DNA of 56,335 nt from Trichomonas gallinae (taxonomy: Eukaryota), in contig MRSU01008419.1 in NCBI GenBank assembly GCA_008369845.1, positions 1 through 56,335 of the forward strand, in the 5' to 3' direction. Position 1 is the stretch's first letter. Each line of letters starts with the position of its first letter. The notes below the pieces were generated by a model. That model was not told where the DNA came from. It ran no database searches and was given only the letters and a program-made list of their open reading frames with translations. A program made the translations under genes and the position numbers. This document shows positions 30,461-41,710 of the stretch, piece after piece.

Positions 30461-31789
30461 TTAAATTTCATTGATGCAATCTCTTACGTTCGAGATAGCA
30501 TCATTCTTAAGCATTTCAGCAACTTTATCGAAGTGACTGAGGCCAAGCTGCTTGATAACTTTGCAGAGAATCATTCTTTTCTGCCATGATCCGCGCATCA
30601 ATCTTTCTATCATCTCTGACTGATTGGAAGTGTCTTCTTTAATGAGATGGACCCAAAGGTTAACGCTTTCAGTCCTAATAACAGCTGTCTGATCTTCTGA
30701 ATAAATTTCCGCAAGTCTAACAAGTCTGGAGCCCAATTCTGGAACAAACTCCTCACACTGCTTCAACAATGCGAATCTTGTCCTCCAATCGTGGATCTTT
30801 GTAGGATCCAAAAGATCGAGGAAATCATTCTTATTTGAGAATGCAGACGCAAAATCATGAAGCCTCCATGCAAAAGGTGTGAATGAAATCAGCTCTGACG
30901 CTGCTCTTATGTATAAAGGCTCTTCTGATTTGATATTTGCTTTCTTGACTGTTTCTAGCATGGCAACAGCAGCATCATTCTTGTCGAGTTTTATTGCCTC
31001 GAAGAATGAGTCAATGATCTGGGAGAAAGAGTTCTGTGCGATGATTTCCGGCAAAGATGGAAATGCGTAACGGATTATTTTTGGATCTTCGAGCAATTCC
31101 TTGAATTCCTTCAATAAAGAGGGGCATACGTTGCCCATTACACTAGCAGCGACCTGTCTAACGCCAATAAATGGATCTTTTACGGCTTGAGACATAATTG
31201 ACTTAATTGAGTCCTCGTCGCAGACGCAATTAGGCAAAATCAGTACAACGGCGCCGCGGATTGTTGAAGATTTGTCCCTTGATAAAGTCTCCAAGAACGG
31301 AAGGATTCTCCAAAAATCGTTAACAATGGGAATGAGGTGGACGGCGAGGCCTCTGGTGCTCTGGTCATCATCGAGGTAGTAGCGAGAAATCAAATCGATG
31401 ACAATATCATCTCTATAGTATCTTGGTATCACAGAAGCGATTTCGAGAGCAAGGTGTGTAAGGTCACTTGCCTTCCTGGGACCTCCAAATTTGATCGTTG
31501 ATTGTATTATCGGGAATATTTCATTCTTTAAAAATTCTGAGCCTTCCTCTGGGAAATTATCCATTATCATGCGGAAAAGTGTTGGCATTGTATCGAACTT
31601 CGTCTTCTTATCCTGTTTGATTACGCTTTTTATCTCAGGGAGAAGATGTGACTCGACAAATTCCATCGAGAAGTCATTATTCTCGATGGTCTGGTTCGAG
31701 AATGGAGAGCACTGCCTATGTACAAACTCAGGGTCCTCAAGGTTACAGAGCCTGAGTGAAGGAGAGCTCATGCCAATCGAATCAATCAT
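30461..31789 (-). CDS. HEAT-repeat protein, PP2A scaffold (A) subunit-like
   Basis: HEAT motifs DKSSTIR, DPFIGVRQVAA, DWRTRFALL, DQTAVIRTES, WQKRM, DAISNVR. Confidence 0.7.
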   Translation of the reverse strand: MIDSIGMSSPSLRLCNLEDPEFVHRQCSPFSNQTIENNDFSMEFVESHLLPEIKSVIKQDKKTKFDTMPTLFRMIMDNFPEEGSEFLKNEIFPIIQSTIKFGGPRKASDLTHLALEIASVIPRYYRDDIVIDLISRYYLDDDQSTRGLAVHLIPIVNDFWRILPFLETLSRDKSSTIRGAVVLILPNCVCDEDSIKSIMSQAVKDPFIGVRQVAASVMGNVCPSLLKEFKELLEDPKIIRYAFPSLPEIIAQNSFSQIIDSFFEAIKLDKNDAAVAMLETVKKANIKSEEPLYIRAASELISFTPFAWRLHDFASAFSNKNDFLDLLDPTKIHDWRTRFALLKQCEEFVPELGSRLVRLAEIYSEDQTAVIRTESVNLWVHLIKEDTSNQSEMIERLMRGSWQKRMILCKVIKQLGLSHFDKVAEMLKNDAISNVRDCINEI

Positions 31790-33165
31790 TTTTTTAATTA
31801 TTTAATCGTCAGCTTTCTAAAAAGTTGAAATACGGGTGAATAATACCATTTTAGCAAATAGTCTTCGCCATTCATTCAAAACTTATTCTGAGAGTATTCA
31901 ATTTATATAAATTTTGATTGAATAAACAAATGAATAATATTGGTTATATATCCGTATTAATGTGTTTTTTCATGCAAATGAAGTTAGCTAAAATGCCTCA
32001 CAAAAAATAAACCAATGAATTATCCTTCCATTTTGATGCTGTACTTGCATTCCTTAATAGCTAGCGTCGACAATTTCATAAAATATACTAATTAATTTTC
32101 GAACATTTTTAATCAAATCTTTATAACATCGCTATTTTTGGCAAAAAGATAAATATTGGGAGCTTACCAAGCCTAACAAGCCTATAATAACGAAATCAAG
32201 GCACAAATATTTGGCGTTAAAATTTATCGATTATTTAAAACCCTATAGTCATATACTAAATGACCTGTATAATTGCTTGGAAAATAACCTTTGAACTTCG
32301 GACATTTCATCTGATATCAAAATTTACTCCAAAAATCTTTTAAAAACATATAGATAAGTCCATGGAAGTCATATATCCATAAAGTACACCAATTTATATT
32401 ACGAACGATAATTTTTTTTTACAGAATTTTTTCTATTCAATTATTACTAAAGAATTAACGGGTGTGCTTCCACAATGATTAGGTTATATAAATAGGTGAT
32501 ATTTTAGGATATTTTTAGGTTGAGACAACAATGAATTTTGAATTGATTTTTATCGTACTTCAAAAATTTATAAAATTTAACTCAAATTTTTTATAACAAA
32601 ATAGTCAGATTAAAAAAATCAAAAAATAATATATGAAATAGGTTTTTATGATGGATTTGGTGATAATATTCCTTTATGATAAAATCTCATCGGCGTGGAT
32701 TTGGAACTTCATTGGATGCAATGTGTATAATCACCAATCTATATTTTTAGTGACAAATTGCAAAAAGACACCTTTTCTCCTCAATTTCTCCTTGACTTTC
32801 GGAGAACACGAAAACAACACTCATATATGTGAAATACTCACGAGAACATAACAACCCGCGAAATTATCCGTCCCATTCTCTGATGGGCGAATCTACAGGA
32901 TTCGAACGATTTGAAAATTATGACATGTATATTTCAAAATGTCATGTAAATAATAATGTTGTCAAAAATTATCATGTAAATTACATTTTGTCAAAAAATC
33001 AAATTACCAATATTTTGACTTTCAGATAGGCTCCTAAAATTGATAAGTGCTAAAATGTAACCCATATTTTGGTACACACAAGTTATTTTTCTTGATAGGC
33101 TCGAATTTTGAAAATAAAGTAATTAATTAACGAAAATGTAATATATATTAAGTTTTAAAGCTAAA

Positions 33166-35265
33166 TTACATATTATGAATAAATGTAACAACAGTTCTTC
33201 CTGGGTTAAGCTGGAAGACGCCATATTTCTCATACATTTCGAGAGTCCTGATCAAGTCGTCCTTCGTGAACCCATTATTTAAGATAAGCTTCTCGATTTC
33301 AGAATAATTAACATTAGTCTGACCTCTAAATGCTGTTGTAATCTTCGTGTAAACGTTCGTGATGACGTCTTGTTTGTTCTGATCTTCCGCCTTAGTCATC
33401 AAGCTGAGTTTCGAAGCCTTAACGAGTCTGAGAGCTTCATCGACATCATCGACAGTGACAACTTCAGCAAATCTAAGCCTAGCTAAAGCCATCGAAAGTC
33501 TGAGAATAGCAAGAAGATAACGAGGAGTGATTGGCTCCTCCTGGTTCTCCTGTCTCATTTCAACATAAGCGGACGATATATATCTCTCTAATTCTGTTGG
33601 GACGACAGGAGTGAACTCCTTAGCCTTCGCGATGTGGTTTCTGAGTGTCTTGAGAGAAACCCTCGCGACTGTGTCTGGCGCCTTCGTGTTCATGTGGACG
33701 AAAGCGATGTGCTCAGCGAGCGCTCTGTCTTGTTCTACTGTTGTCTTATCGAGGAGCAAGAAGAGAAGATCGAATCTTGACAAAAGTGCAGATGGAAGAT
33801 TGACGTTCTCAAGGAGGCTCCTGTTGACGAGATATCTGGAATGTACTGGGTTAGCAGCTGCCAAAATTGATGTTCTAGCATTCAATGTTGTTGTAATGCT
33901 GGCTTTTGCAATAGAAACTGTCTGCTGTTCCATGACTTCGTAGATTGCCGTTCTATCACCATCAAGCATCTTGTCGAATTCATCGATGCAGCAGATGCCG
34001 TTGTCTGCAAGCACCAAAGCGCCGCCTTCCAAAGCCATTTCGCCTGTAACTGGGTCTTTGAGGACAGCAGCTGTCAAACCAACACCGGATGAGCCACGGC
34101 CTGTTGTATATACGGCTCTTGGTGAGATTCTAGCGACGTATTTAAGTAATTGAGATTTAGCAACACCAGGATCACCCATAAGAAGGATGTTGATGTCACC
34201 TCTGATACGAACACCATCTTCGAAAGAGCGTGTGACACCACCAACGAGTTCGAGAAGAAGAGCTTTCTTAACATCTTGTAATCCGAAAATTTCTGGTGCG
34301 ATTGAAGAAGCGAGAGCATCATAGCTGAGCTCCTCTTCTGCTGGTTGGTTCTGTTCGTCCTCTGCTTGCTCGTCATACTTAGGAGCAACGATAATATTCT
34401 GTGCTTCGATATATGTTTCGCTGATGAGGCTTTGGCGGAAAGCTTTGATTGGCAATGGCAAGAAGATACCTGAAACTTCAATAACATCGCCTGTGTTGCA
34501 TCTTTGTACAAGAGAATCTCTTGCATAAATTGTCATTGTGCGTGGAATGTGTCCAGCCGGAACTTCGCTTGAAATTTCCTGAATTCTTATGACCTGGAAC
34601 TTTTCAAACTTAGAGCCGCGTGTCTGTAATGTGAGCTGACCTGGTTTTGCAGAATTTTTGCATGTCTGTGATTCACAAATTGTCTTTGGAATGAATGTAG
34701 GAGTAGTGACTGTTTGGAATGTTTCTTCAGAGCATTGATTGCACGTATAAGTAGCAACAGATATTAACGGCTTTACTTGCGTCACTCTTGTGACGAGGCC
34801 ACGCATCCTAACGAGCTGGCCGATGCAGTCCGCCCTGACGTTTCTCATTGGGAGAACTTGCTGCTTTGTCGGTGGTAAGAAATGTACAGCAAATCGGCGA
34901 TGTAATTCTGGTGGGAATTTCTTAGGAGCACCAGCTTCGTTGGCTGCTGCAATACGAGCCATTGCAATAGCTTCGAACTGATTGCTCATATCTAAGGTAT
35001 CCGGAATCATTTCATCGACAATTTTAGAAACAAGATCAATATAACGGTGAGTATTTTGAATGATGTTACTCGCGAGGTCAGGTCTGAAGTCCTGAACATC
35101 GTCGAGCTCGATTTCCAACGTATCTGATTTCCTTTGGATTATATCGTCGATTTTTGCTTTGTATTTTTCCTCGCCACCCGTTCCCTGATACGTGTCAAGG
35201 AACTCCTTCAGCAACTCTGTTTGCACATTATAGTTGATGAATTGGCTTTTCGTCTTGTCGCTCAT
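33166..35265 (-). CDS. MCM7: DNA replication licensing factor MCM7
   Basis: Zn finger CNQC...CESQTC, QTRGSKF, Walker A MGDPGVAKSQLL, IDEFDKM and the arginine finger SRFD. Confidence 0.93.
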   Translation of the reverse strand: MSDKTKSQFINYNVQTELLKEFLDTYQGTGGEEKYKAKIDDIIQRKSDTLEIELDDVQDFRPDLASNIIQNTHRYIDLVSKIVDEMIPDTLDMSNQFEAIAMARIAAANEAGAPKKFPPELHRRFAVHFLPPTKQQVLPMRNVRADCIGQLVRMRGLVTRVTQVKPLISVATYTCNQCSEETFQTVTTPTFIPKTICESQTCKNSAKPGQLTLQTRGSKFEKFQVIRIQEISSEVPAGHIPRTMTIYARDSLVQRCNTGDVIEVSGIFLPLPIKAFRQSLISETYIEAQNIIVAPKYDEQAEDEQNQPAEEELSYDALASSIAPEIFGLQDVKKALLLELVGGVTRSFEDGVRIRGDINILLMGDPGVAKSQLLKYVARISPRAVYTTGRGSSGVGLTAAVLKDPVTGEMALEGGALVLADNGICCIDEFDKMLDGDRTAIYEVMEQQTVSIAKASITTTLNARTSILAAANPVHSRYLVNRSLLENVNLPSALLSRFDLLFLLLDKTTVEQDRALAEHIAFVHMNTKAPDTVARVSLKTLRNHIAKAKEFTPVVPTELERYISSAYVEMRQENQEEPITPRYLLAILRLSMALARLRFAEVVTVDDVDEALRLVKASKLSLMTKAEDQNKQDVITNVYTKITTAFRGQTNVNYSEIEKLILNNGFTKDDLIRTLEMYEKYGVFQLNPGRTVVTFIHNM

Positions 35266-35655
35266 TTACGTCCGTTTATTTTTGAAATGAAAGAATTTTC
35301 GGATTTTGACACTATTTTTGACTTTAGGATATTATAATGTTTCGTTTGATATCGAAAAAATGCAAAAAAATTTGATGCATTACCAAAAGTGACATTAAAA
35401 TGACATGTAAACCTAAAATGTCAAATATTTTATATCTCAATGAAAGTAACCATTTGAGCTCCTTTTACTAGTTGTCATATCCATATATATGAGTGATACG
35501 ATTAGAAAATATGCTATAAATATAAAAAACAGATTTTAAAATCGAATTTCAGTAATCTTCTGCAGATATCTTAATTACTGATGTGGTTACATGGCTGCAT
35601 CAGTTTGGAAAATTCTCAAAAATCATTTTTTTTTTTTTGTTTGTTATCAAATTTG

Positions 35656-37017
35656 ATGTTTGATAATGATATCGATAACAAGATAAACAAAAAGAGGAAT
35701 CAAATAAGCATCAATATAGAGTCTCAAATCCAGGATAATGAGGGGCAAAATGATGATATTCAAAGAAATAATCAAGCAAAAGAATTAATTTCGGCATTAG
35801 AAACAATTTTATCGGATGAATCATACTCACACTCGATTGCTCTAGTTAAAATACAAGAATATATTCAATTAATCGGTGAAAATTCAACTCAATATTTCGA
35901 AATTCATCATTTAATTCGATTGTTATCATTTCTCAATATACAGGAGTTATGTTATAACTCTTTATTTACTTTAAGTTTAATACAATCATATACAAATAAA
36001 TTCACCCAATTTTTTTTCGAGTCAGATTTTCTCGATACCGTTGCAAATCATATAACTAATTACCAGAAAGGAGAAATATTTATGATTTGTTCACTTTTAT
36101 CAAATATAATTATCGACGATTCAAGATTCGTTGAAGTTCTGCTCTCTAAAGATATATTATGCTACATTATAGGATCTCCATTCGGAGGACCTGAAAAAAG
36201 AAGATTACTCTCATTAATATTTCTTCATGATAATAATAGAGAAAACATTTCAGCGTTAATAGACGTGTTTTATCAGCTATTTCTAACTAAAATGGAGGAA
36301 TCTGATAAACAAGAGATTAAATTTCCATACATTCAAGCAATATCGAAAGTATTAAAAGATCAAAATCAAAATGATGAGAAAAAGCAATTTATTTTAGCTT
36401 ACTTTAAAGAAAACATCAATGTATTCATGCAAATACTAATCCTATCATCGCAAAACCAAGAATATCATATTTGTCGCGAAATTCTTCAAATTCTTTTCAT
36501 TATTAATGATAAAACAATTGATTTCACTCCTCTTCTTACTGTTCTCCCTGCTTTGATACAATCGGGTAATCAGGAACTTTCATGTTTATCGATGAAATTC
36601 GTTTCGCTTCTTATTACATTAAAAATAGAAATGAATCAGCAATTTATTAATTCTATCATCAAAACTAATTTCATTGTTAGGATCAAGACTGGTGGGTATG
36701 AGTTCATTAAAGAAATCTTATCATTTCTCGCTCATTTTCTACCTTTAACTTCTTCAGCTCAAAAACAAAACATTTTATTCAAAAACAATAACGAAGATTT
36801 CTTAATGGAACTTGTTGAATTCGTTCCTGTTGCTGAATCGAAGTCAGACATACTACTTGTCATTCATTATTTCATATCAGATGAAAAATGTCAAAATTTA
36901 GTCAATCAAACACTTAAAAATTCTAGCTTCTTTGATTATATCGAAGAAGTGCTGGATTCAACAGATGATGAGACTATATCTCAGCTTGCAAATTCATTTT
37001 TAGATTTTTCAAATTAA
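35656..37017 (+). CDS. Hypothetical ARM-like helical protein
   Basis: Long intact ORF. The ATG at 35656 follows a TCATTTT initiator at 35623; an upstream in-frame ATG at 35581 is also possible. Confidence 0.55.
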   Translation: MFDNDIDNKINKKRNQISINIESQIQDNEGQNDDIQRNNQAKELISALETILSDESYSHSIALVKIQEYIQLIGENSTQYFEIHHLIRLLSFLNIQELCYNSLFTLSLIQSYTNKFTQFFFESDFLDTVANHITNYQKGEIFMICSLLSNIIIDDSRFVEVLLSKDILCYIIGSPFGGPEKRRLLSLIFLHDNNRENISALIDVFYQLFLTKMEESDKQEIKFPYIQAISKVLKDQNQNDEKKQFILAYFKENINVFMQILILSSQNQEYHICREILQILFIINDKTIDFTPLLTVLPALIQSGNQELSCLSMKFVSLLITLKIEMNQQFINSIIKTNFIVRIKTGGYEFIKEILSFLAHFLPLTSSAQKQNILFKNNNEDFLMELVEFVPVAESKSDILLVIHYFISDEKCQNLVNQTLKNSSFFDYIEEVLDSTDDETISQLANSFLDFSN

Positions 37018-37396
37018 ATCTTAACAAGCAACTGTCAACTTTTCAGGCTTAATTGTTGGCTCTTTATTTTTGCATCAATTGTTTTCAAAATAGTTATATT
37101 TTAAGATTATCTGAGCAACAACGAGATTCACGATATGTATTATATGAAGTCATATAAGAATAGAAATTACTCATAAGATAAAATGAAGCCTAGGCTAGAA
37201 ATATAAGAATCATGAATCAAATAAATATATTTTGATTAATATTGAGGAATCAAGATTAAAAATAATAAAATTTTGCAACTTTGTTTACGAAATAAAACAT
37301 TTACTAAAACAAAATCTTTGTTATTAGTCATAGGAGATGAGAGTATTAACTATTTTGTAATGAAACTAAAGAATTAAAAATAAAAATAGAAAAAAG

Positions 37397-37468
37397 CTCG
37401 GTCCCCGGGAATCGAACCCGGATCAAAAGAACGACAATCTTACATGATAACCATTACACTATGACCGA
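37397..37468 (-). tRNA. tRNA-Asp (GTC)
   Basis: TCGGTCA TA GTGTAATGGTTATCAT G TAAGA TTGTCGT TCTTT TGAT CCGGG TTCGATT CCCGG GGACCGA G forms a cloverleaf with G73 and a downstream oligo-T pol III terminator. Two stem mismatches. Confidence 0.88.
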
Positions 37469-37549
37469 CTTCGAAAATAGAATTTAATTATGATCTTAGA
37501 CATTTCATAAATTTATCAACAGATTTTCGCTGTACGTTAAAAATATAGA

Positions 37550-39079
37550 ATGACTGAAATTCCGCAGATTGATTTCCGGCCTCGTCCGCCTGAGAAATCG
37601 GTCAGGAGACGGTCAGCTCGCAGACATTTATACGAATCATCAGTAATGAGAAAAGAAAATTCAACAGAAAGAGGAAATTCAGCCAGATCTCATCCAAAAC
37701 TATCGCAAAGAGAACTTATGACCGTCAAAGCTAATAAAGCGAAATACAATGCGTGGATTAAGAAATGGGAAAGTGATTCACCAATTAAAAGATTTATGTT
37801 ATTAAAAGATATCATTGATAAATGCAAAGGTTATTCGAAAAATCAACTCGACGAACTCTTTGGAAACGCAAGCGAATTAGTTTTCATGAGAATATTCGTG
37901 TTTATTCGTTGGAATTGTCACTCAACTATTTCTATTGACCTACAACTTCAAGCGCTTCGTATATTTTTCGATGCATCTTCGGGTTTTTGGTACTCAGAGC
38001 ACTTCTTGAAGAACGGAGGTGTTGATATTTTGCTTTCTTTTCTTGAGCAAAGAAGCGAATTATCAGAAGACGATCTTTCTGAAGTCTGCAAAACATTCTT
38101 ATCACTTTCACAGCAAGGAGCTCATGCTGTTCAATACATATTAGATACGAAATTCCTTACGATTTTCCTAGATACGCTTTCATTATTCAAAAATGAAGAA
38201 AATCTTAACTTAGCTACAATGCTTTTGCTGCAGCTTAGCGAAGGCAACGATTATTACGCTGAAACATTTACATTAGCTTTGATGTCGAGATTCAACTCGT
38301 TATCTGAAGATGATGATGCTCTTCACTCTGTGTCCCATGTATTTAGAGTCCTTTTGACTGCAAAAATCGCCGCAGAAATAGATTTGAAAGGAAATTACAA
38401 CGATTTACTGGTTTTAGGAAGCAGTTCTAACCTAGATATACAGAATGATGGCGTTATTGTCTTCTCATTGATTGCCGAGAACACAACAAAACTCAGAAGA
38501 GACTTCTTATTTGATAATTTGCTCGAAATCATGTTAAATCCTTTAGGAATGATAAATGATAAAGTTTCAAGACAACAAACATTCGCAGCAAAACTTCTTC
38601 TCACGATTACAAAGACAAAAGGAGTTGCAGGACAACAGTTACAATCTGATTTCGAAAGATTTGTAGTTCCTTTGACAAGAATAATAGGTAATACGATTAA
38701 TTTCAGTGCGCAGAAGTCAGCCGCCAAAATACTAGTCTATTACTACTCTAATGATGAAAATATCAAAACTTTGCTCGAAAATGCGATTCCTAGCGACTGG
38801 ATCCATAGTTTGATATTCAACCCACACGCTTTTTGCTTGACAATTACTCCAATTCAAGCAGATTTCTTCCTTTCCTTGGAGCCGGAAGCTTTCTTGATGG
38901 ATGTCACAAAGAAGCCGACAACACAGAGACATTCATCGTCAAGGACCAGACTTGAGCTCAAAAATCGTTCTCAACAGCCTCAATTCGGTGCCATTTTCAA
39001 ACCAAATATTACTTTGAGAGAATCTCCATTTAGATTCGTTCCTTCGTTGAATATTGATGTCTCCTCCCTATTTAATTAA
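37550..39079 (+). CDS. ARM-repeat hypothetical protein
   Basis: 509 aa with ARM-like segments (FLKNGGVDILLSFL, NFSAQKSAAKIL) and a basic N-terminus. Confidence 0.6.
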   Translation: MTEIPQIDFRPRPPEKSVRRRSARRHLYESSVMRKENSTERGNSARSHPKLSQRELMTVKANKAKYNAWIKKWESDSPIKRFMLLKDIIDKCKGYSKNQLDELFGNASELVFMRIFVFIRWNCHSTISIDLQLQALRIFFDASSGFWYSEHFLKNGGVDILLSFLEQRSELSEDDLSEVCKTFLSLSQQGAHAVQYILDTKFLTIFLDTLSLFKNEENLNLATMLLLQLSEGNDYYAETFTLALMSRFNSLSEDDDALHSVSHVFRVLLTAKIAAEIDLKGNYNDLLVLGSSSNLDIQNDGVIVFSLIAENTTKLRRDFLFDNLLEIMLNPLGMINDKVSRQQTFAAKLLLTITKTKGVAGQQLQSDFERFVVPLTRIIGNTINFSAQKSAAKILVYYYSNDENIKTLLENAIPSDWIHSLIFNPHAFCLTITPIQADFFLSLEPEAFLMDVTKKPTTQRHSSSRTRLELKNRSQQPQFGAIFKPNITLRESPFRFVPSLNIDVSSLFN

Positions 39080-39418
39080 TATTTACTAAATCTTGTTTGT
39101 ATTTTTCGTTTAATTTATCGAAATATTTTTATTATCTCAAAAATTGTCAACGTAACCCTATGATTCTGTTTTGATATATTGATTATAGATATAAAATATT
39201 GAATATTGCATTATTTCAGACGAAGTGAAATCGGTTTTTTAAAATGGAAAAATAGAAAATTAGAAAAAAATGAACAAAAAAGTATTAATGTTATCAAGTC
39301 AAATTTTAATTTTGACTGAACAAATAGGGGAGATATTCAGAGATTATTGCAAATATCGAAAGAAATCGTCTGAATTTTGATTATACAATTTTGTGATGTT
39401 TACAAATTTATTTTTTAA

Positions 39419-40660
39419 ATGTTTTTCCTTCTTCCTTTTCGTATCCAGTCTTTGTCATTTAATTTGACACAGGAAAATTACTCGACGTACATGTCGAATC
39501 CTGCGAGAAAACCGGTCATCATCAAGTTTTGGGCAACTTGGTGTCCTCATTGCAAACAATTTGCTCCGATTTGGGATAATTTCTCAGAGCAAGAGCACAA
39601 TTTCGATGTAGCTCAAGTAGAGTGCGAAAGCAATCCCGAAATTTGCAAGAGATTCCACAGAAACGGCTATCCAGCAGTTTTATGGTTTAATCCTGAGGAT
39701 GAACAGGGTGTTGCTTGGTATGTTGTCAATGATGTTCAACAATTAAACAATTTCTGCGAGAAACAGAAGCATTTTCCAATCAGAATCATAACAAAGGACG
39801 AAATCGACTCAATGAAGGACGTCATAGCAACAACAAAGTTTTTACTTGTTACAGACAGCCAAGAATCGACAGAATATACCACTTTAAAGGAACTGGCAAT
39901 GAATTACAAACATTATAACACAGAATTCTACGCAATTATCACAACAGAATACGCTAAATCTCTCCAGGCATTCACAGCCAATCCAGTCGAACAGATGTAT
40001 AATGGCGATTACTCTAAGGAAAGTCTTCAAAAATTCATCACACTTCACATGTATCCATTCCTTTCATATTTCGCGCCGGAAATTGCTCACTTCCACGTCT
40101 ACAACAATATGACAGCGTTCATTATCATTAAACCTCAAAAACTCACTAAGACTACAATAAACACTGCTGCAGAGCTTTCGAAGGATTTCCCACCTTTCGT
40201 TATCTCATGCAACAGGAACAGATACCTTTGCAGATACACATTCATCGGACCAAAGACTCGTTACTTACTTTTCGATCAGAAGAATCTCCATTATTGGACA
40301 CACGAAGAAGGTGAACAGGAATCTATCGTTGAATGGGTCAACGATGTCATCCGCGGCAATATTAAACCATCAGGACCTGGAAATAATTGGATTTTGAAGA
40401 AAGCTTATCATATTTTCGCAGCAGAGCAGTTGATTCCTATTCTCACAGGCTTCATTATCTTTGGTCTCATTGTTATTTCGATCCTTATCTATAAACTTAT
40501 TCAAATGAATAAGAGATCAAAGGCAAAATCTCATGCAACAAAGCCACAACAATCAAAGCCTCAAATAGAAGCTGAAAAGAAAGAAGAAGAAAAGAAAGTT
40601 GAAGAAAATCAAAATGAAAAGAAAGAGGAAGAAAAGAAGGATGAAGGAAAGGTTGAGTAA
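39419..40660 (+). CDS. Thioredoxin/PDI-family type I membrane protein (TMX-like)
   Basis: Signal peptide MFFLLPF..., active site FWATWCPHCK, GYP cis-Pro loop, TM LIPILTGFIIFGLIVISILIY and a charged cytosolic tail. Confidence 0.88.
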   Translation: MFFLLPFRIQSLSFNLTQENYSTYMSNPARKPVIIKFWATWCPHCKQFAPIWDNFSEQEHNFDVAQVECESNPEICKRFHRNGYPAVLWFNPEDEQGVAWYVVNDVQQLNNFCEKQKHFPIRIITKDEIDSMKDVIATTKFLLVTDSQESTEYTTLKELAMNYKHYNTEFYAIITTEYAKSLQAFTANPVEQMYNGDYSKESLQKFITLHMYPFLSYFAPEIAHFHVYNNMTAFIIIKPQKLTKTTINTAAELSKDFPPFVISCNRNRYLCRYTFIGPKTRYLLFDQKNLHYWTHEEGEQESIVEWVNDVIRGNIKPSGPGNNWILKKAYHIFAAEQLIPILTGFIIFGLIVISILIYKLIQMNKRSKAKSHATKPQQSKPQIEAEKKEEEKKVEENQNEKKEEEKKDEGKVE

Positions 40661-41710
40661 TAATTAATGTTTTGTTTTACATCAATATTTACATCATATG
40701 TAAACAAATATATCTTTATGAAATCAAAAAAATCAATTTTAATCAGTCATAAATTTCAAAATCGCTTAGAATTCTTACAAAAAAACATAAAAATATAATA
40801 TAAAGTATAACTTGCCGGTAAAATTGATTTTCAAATTCGCATTGACTCATTATCATCGCATGAAAAGCATGTTTTTGCTTGATATTGACAGTGGGTCGGA
40901 TTATTATCGACTCAATTGTGCGTAATCATACAATATTGTTTACAAATAAGATTGTTTTTGTATTATCTCGATATCTCGATGGATAACATAAATTTAGGGG
41001 CTGATTATTGATTTCCTATTGATTGGCATTATTATAGCAAAAAAGTCTTTACATTGATGCCTCAGCCGATTGAATGAATGGATCTACTATGCTCTAAACA
41101 GATAATTGTGGAATAATCTGTGGACAAGAAGTCGATTGAGGGATCAAATAAAAATAATTTGAGAGATCTGCGCTCAAAAACTGAGTTTTAACACTTCTGA
41201 ATTATAAAATATTGACAAGTTCCTAACATAAATATATATTTTATTCCATGAATCATAAATTTCCGGTTCAACTTTTTTCTTTGTCGGAATTTACACAACA
41301 AAAGATTTTAATTTTTGACAAGTAAAATCCAAATTTTTACTTTAAGTGAACTTACTAACGATATTTGAGCCTTAATACTTCTATTATATAATCATTATAT
41401 GTAGAGAAATATAATATTTAGTTTACTAAGATTTTTGATAAAGAATATTTGAGATATGAAAATCAAAAATTTTTATTGCTATTTTTTCCCGATTAAATAG
41501 TTTTTATGGTTGTGTTTTGGATAATGATAGATTTAGAAATAAAAAAATTTATTTTACATGACAAATGATTTTAATTTTTGACAAATAAAAAAAAAAATTC
41601 AACGGATTTCGATTGAAAAAATAGGTTTGGATTCGTATTCTTTGCAAATACAGATTTCGAAAAATAATTTTTTTTCTGATTTTAGCAAATTTACAATTTT
41701 ATCAACCTGG

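Noticed and set aside
32780..32810. GAAAGTC on the minus strand as RNase P/MRP CR-I, and CCTGTAG (32894) as an SRP Alu motif
   Set aside because: No complementary P4 3' strand/CR-V and no SRP helix-8 motif could be found.
40850..41200. Coding-like intergenic stretch
   Set aside because: No recognisable motif or sustained frame, so a pseudogene call cannot be supported.
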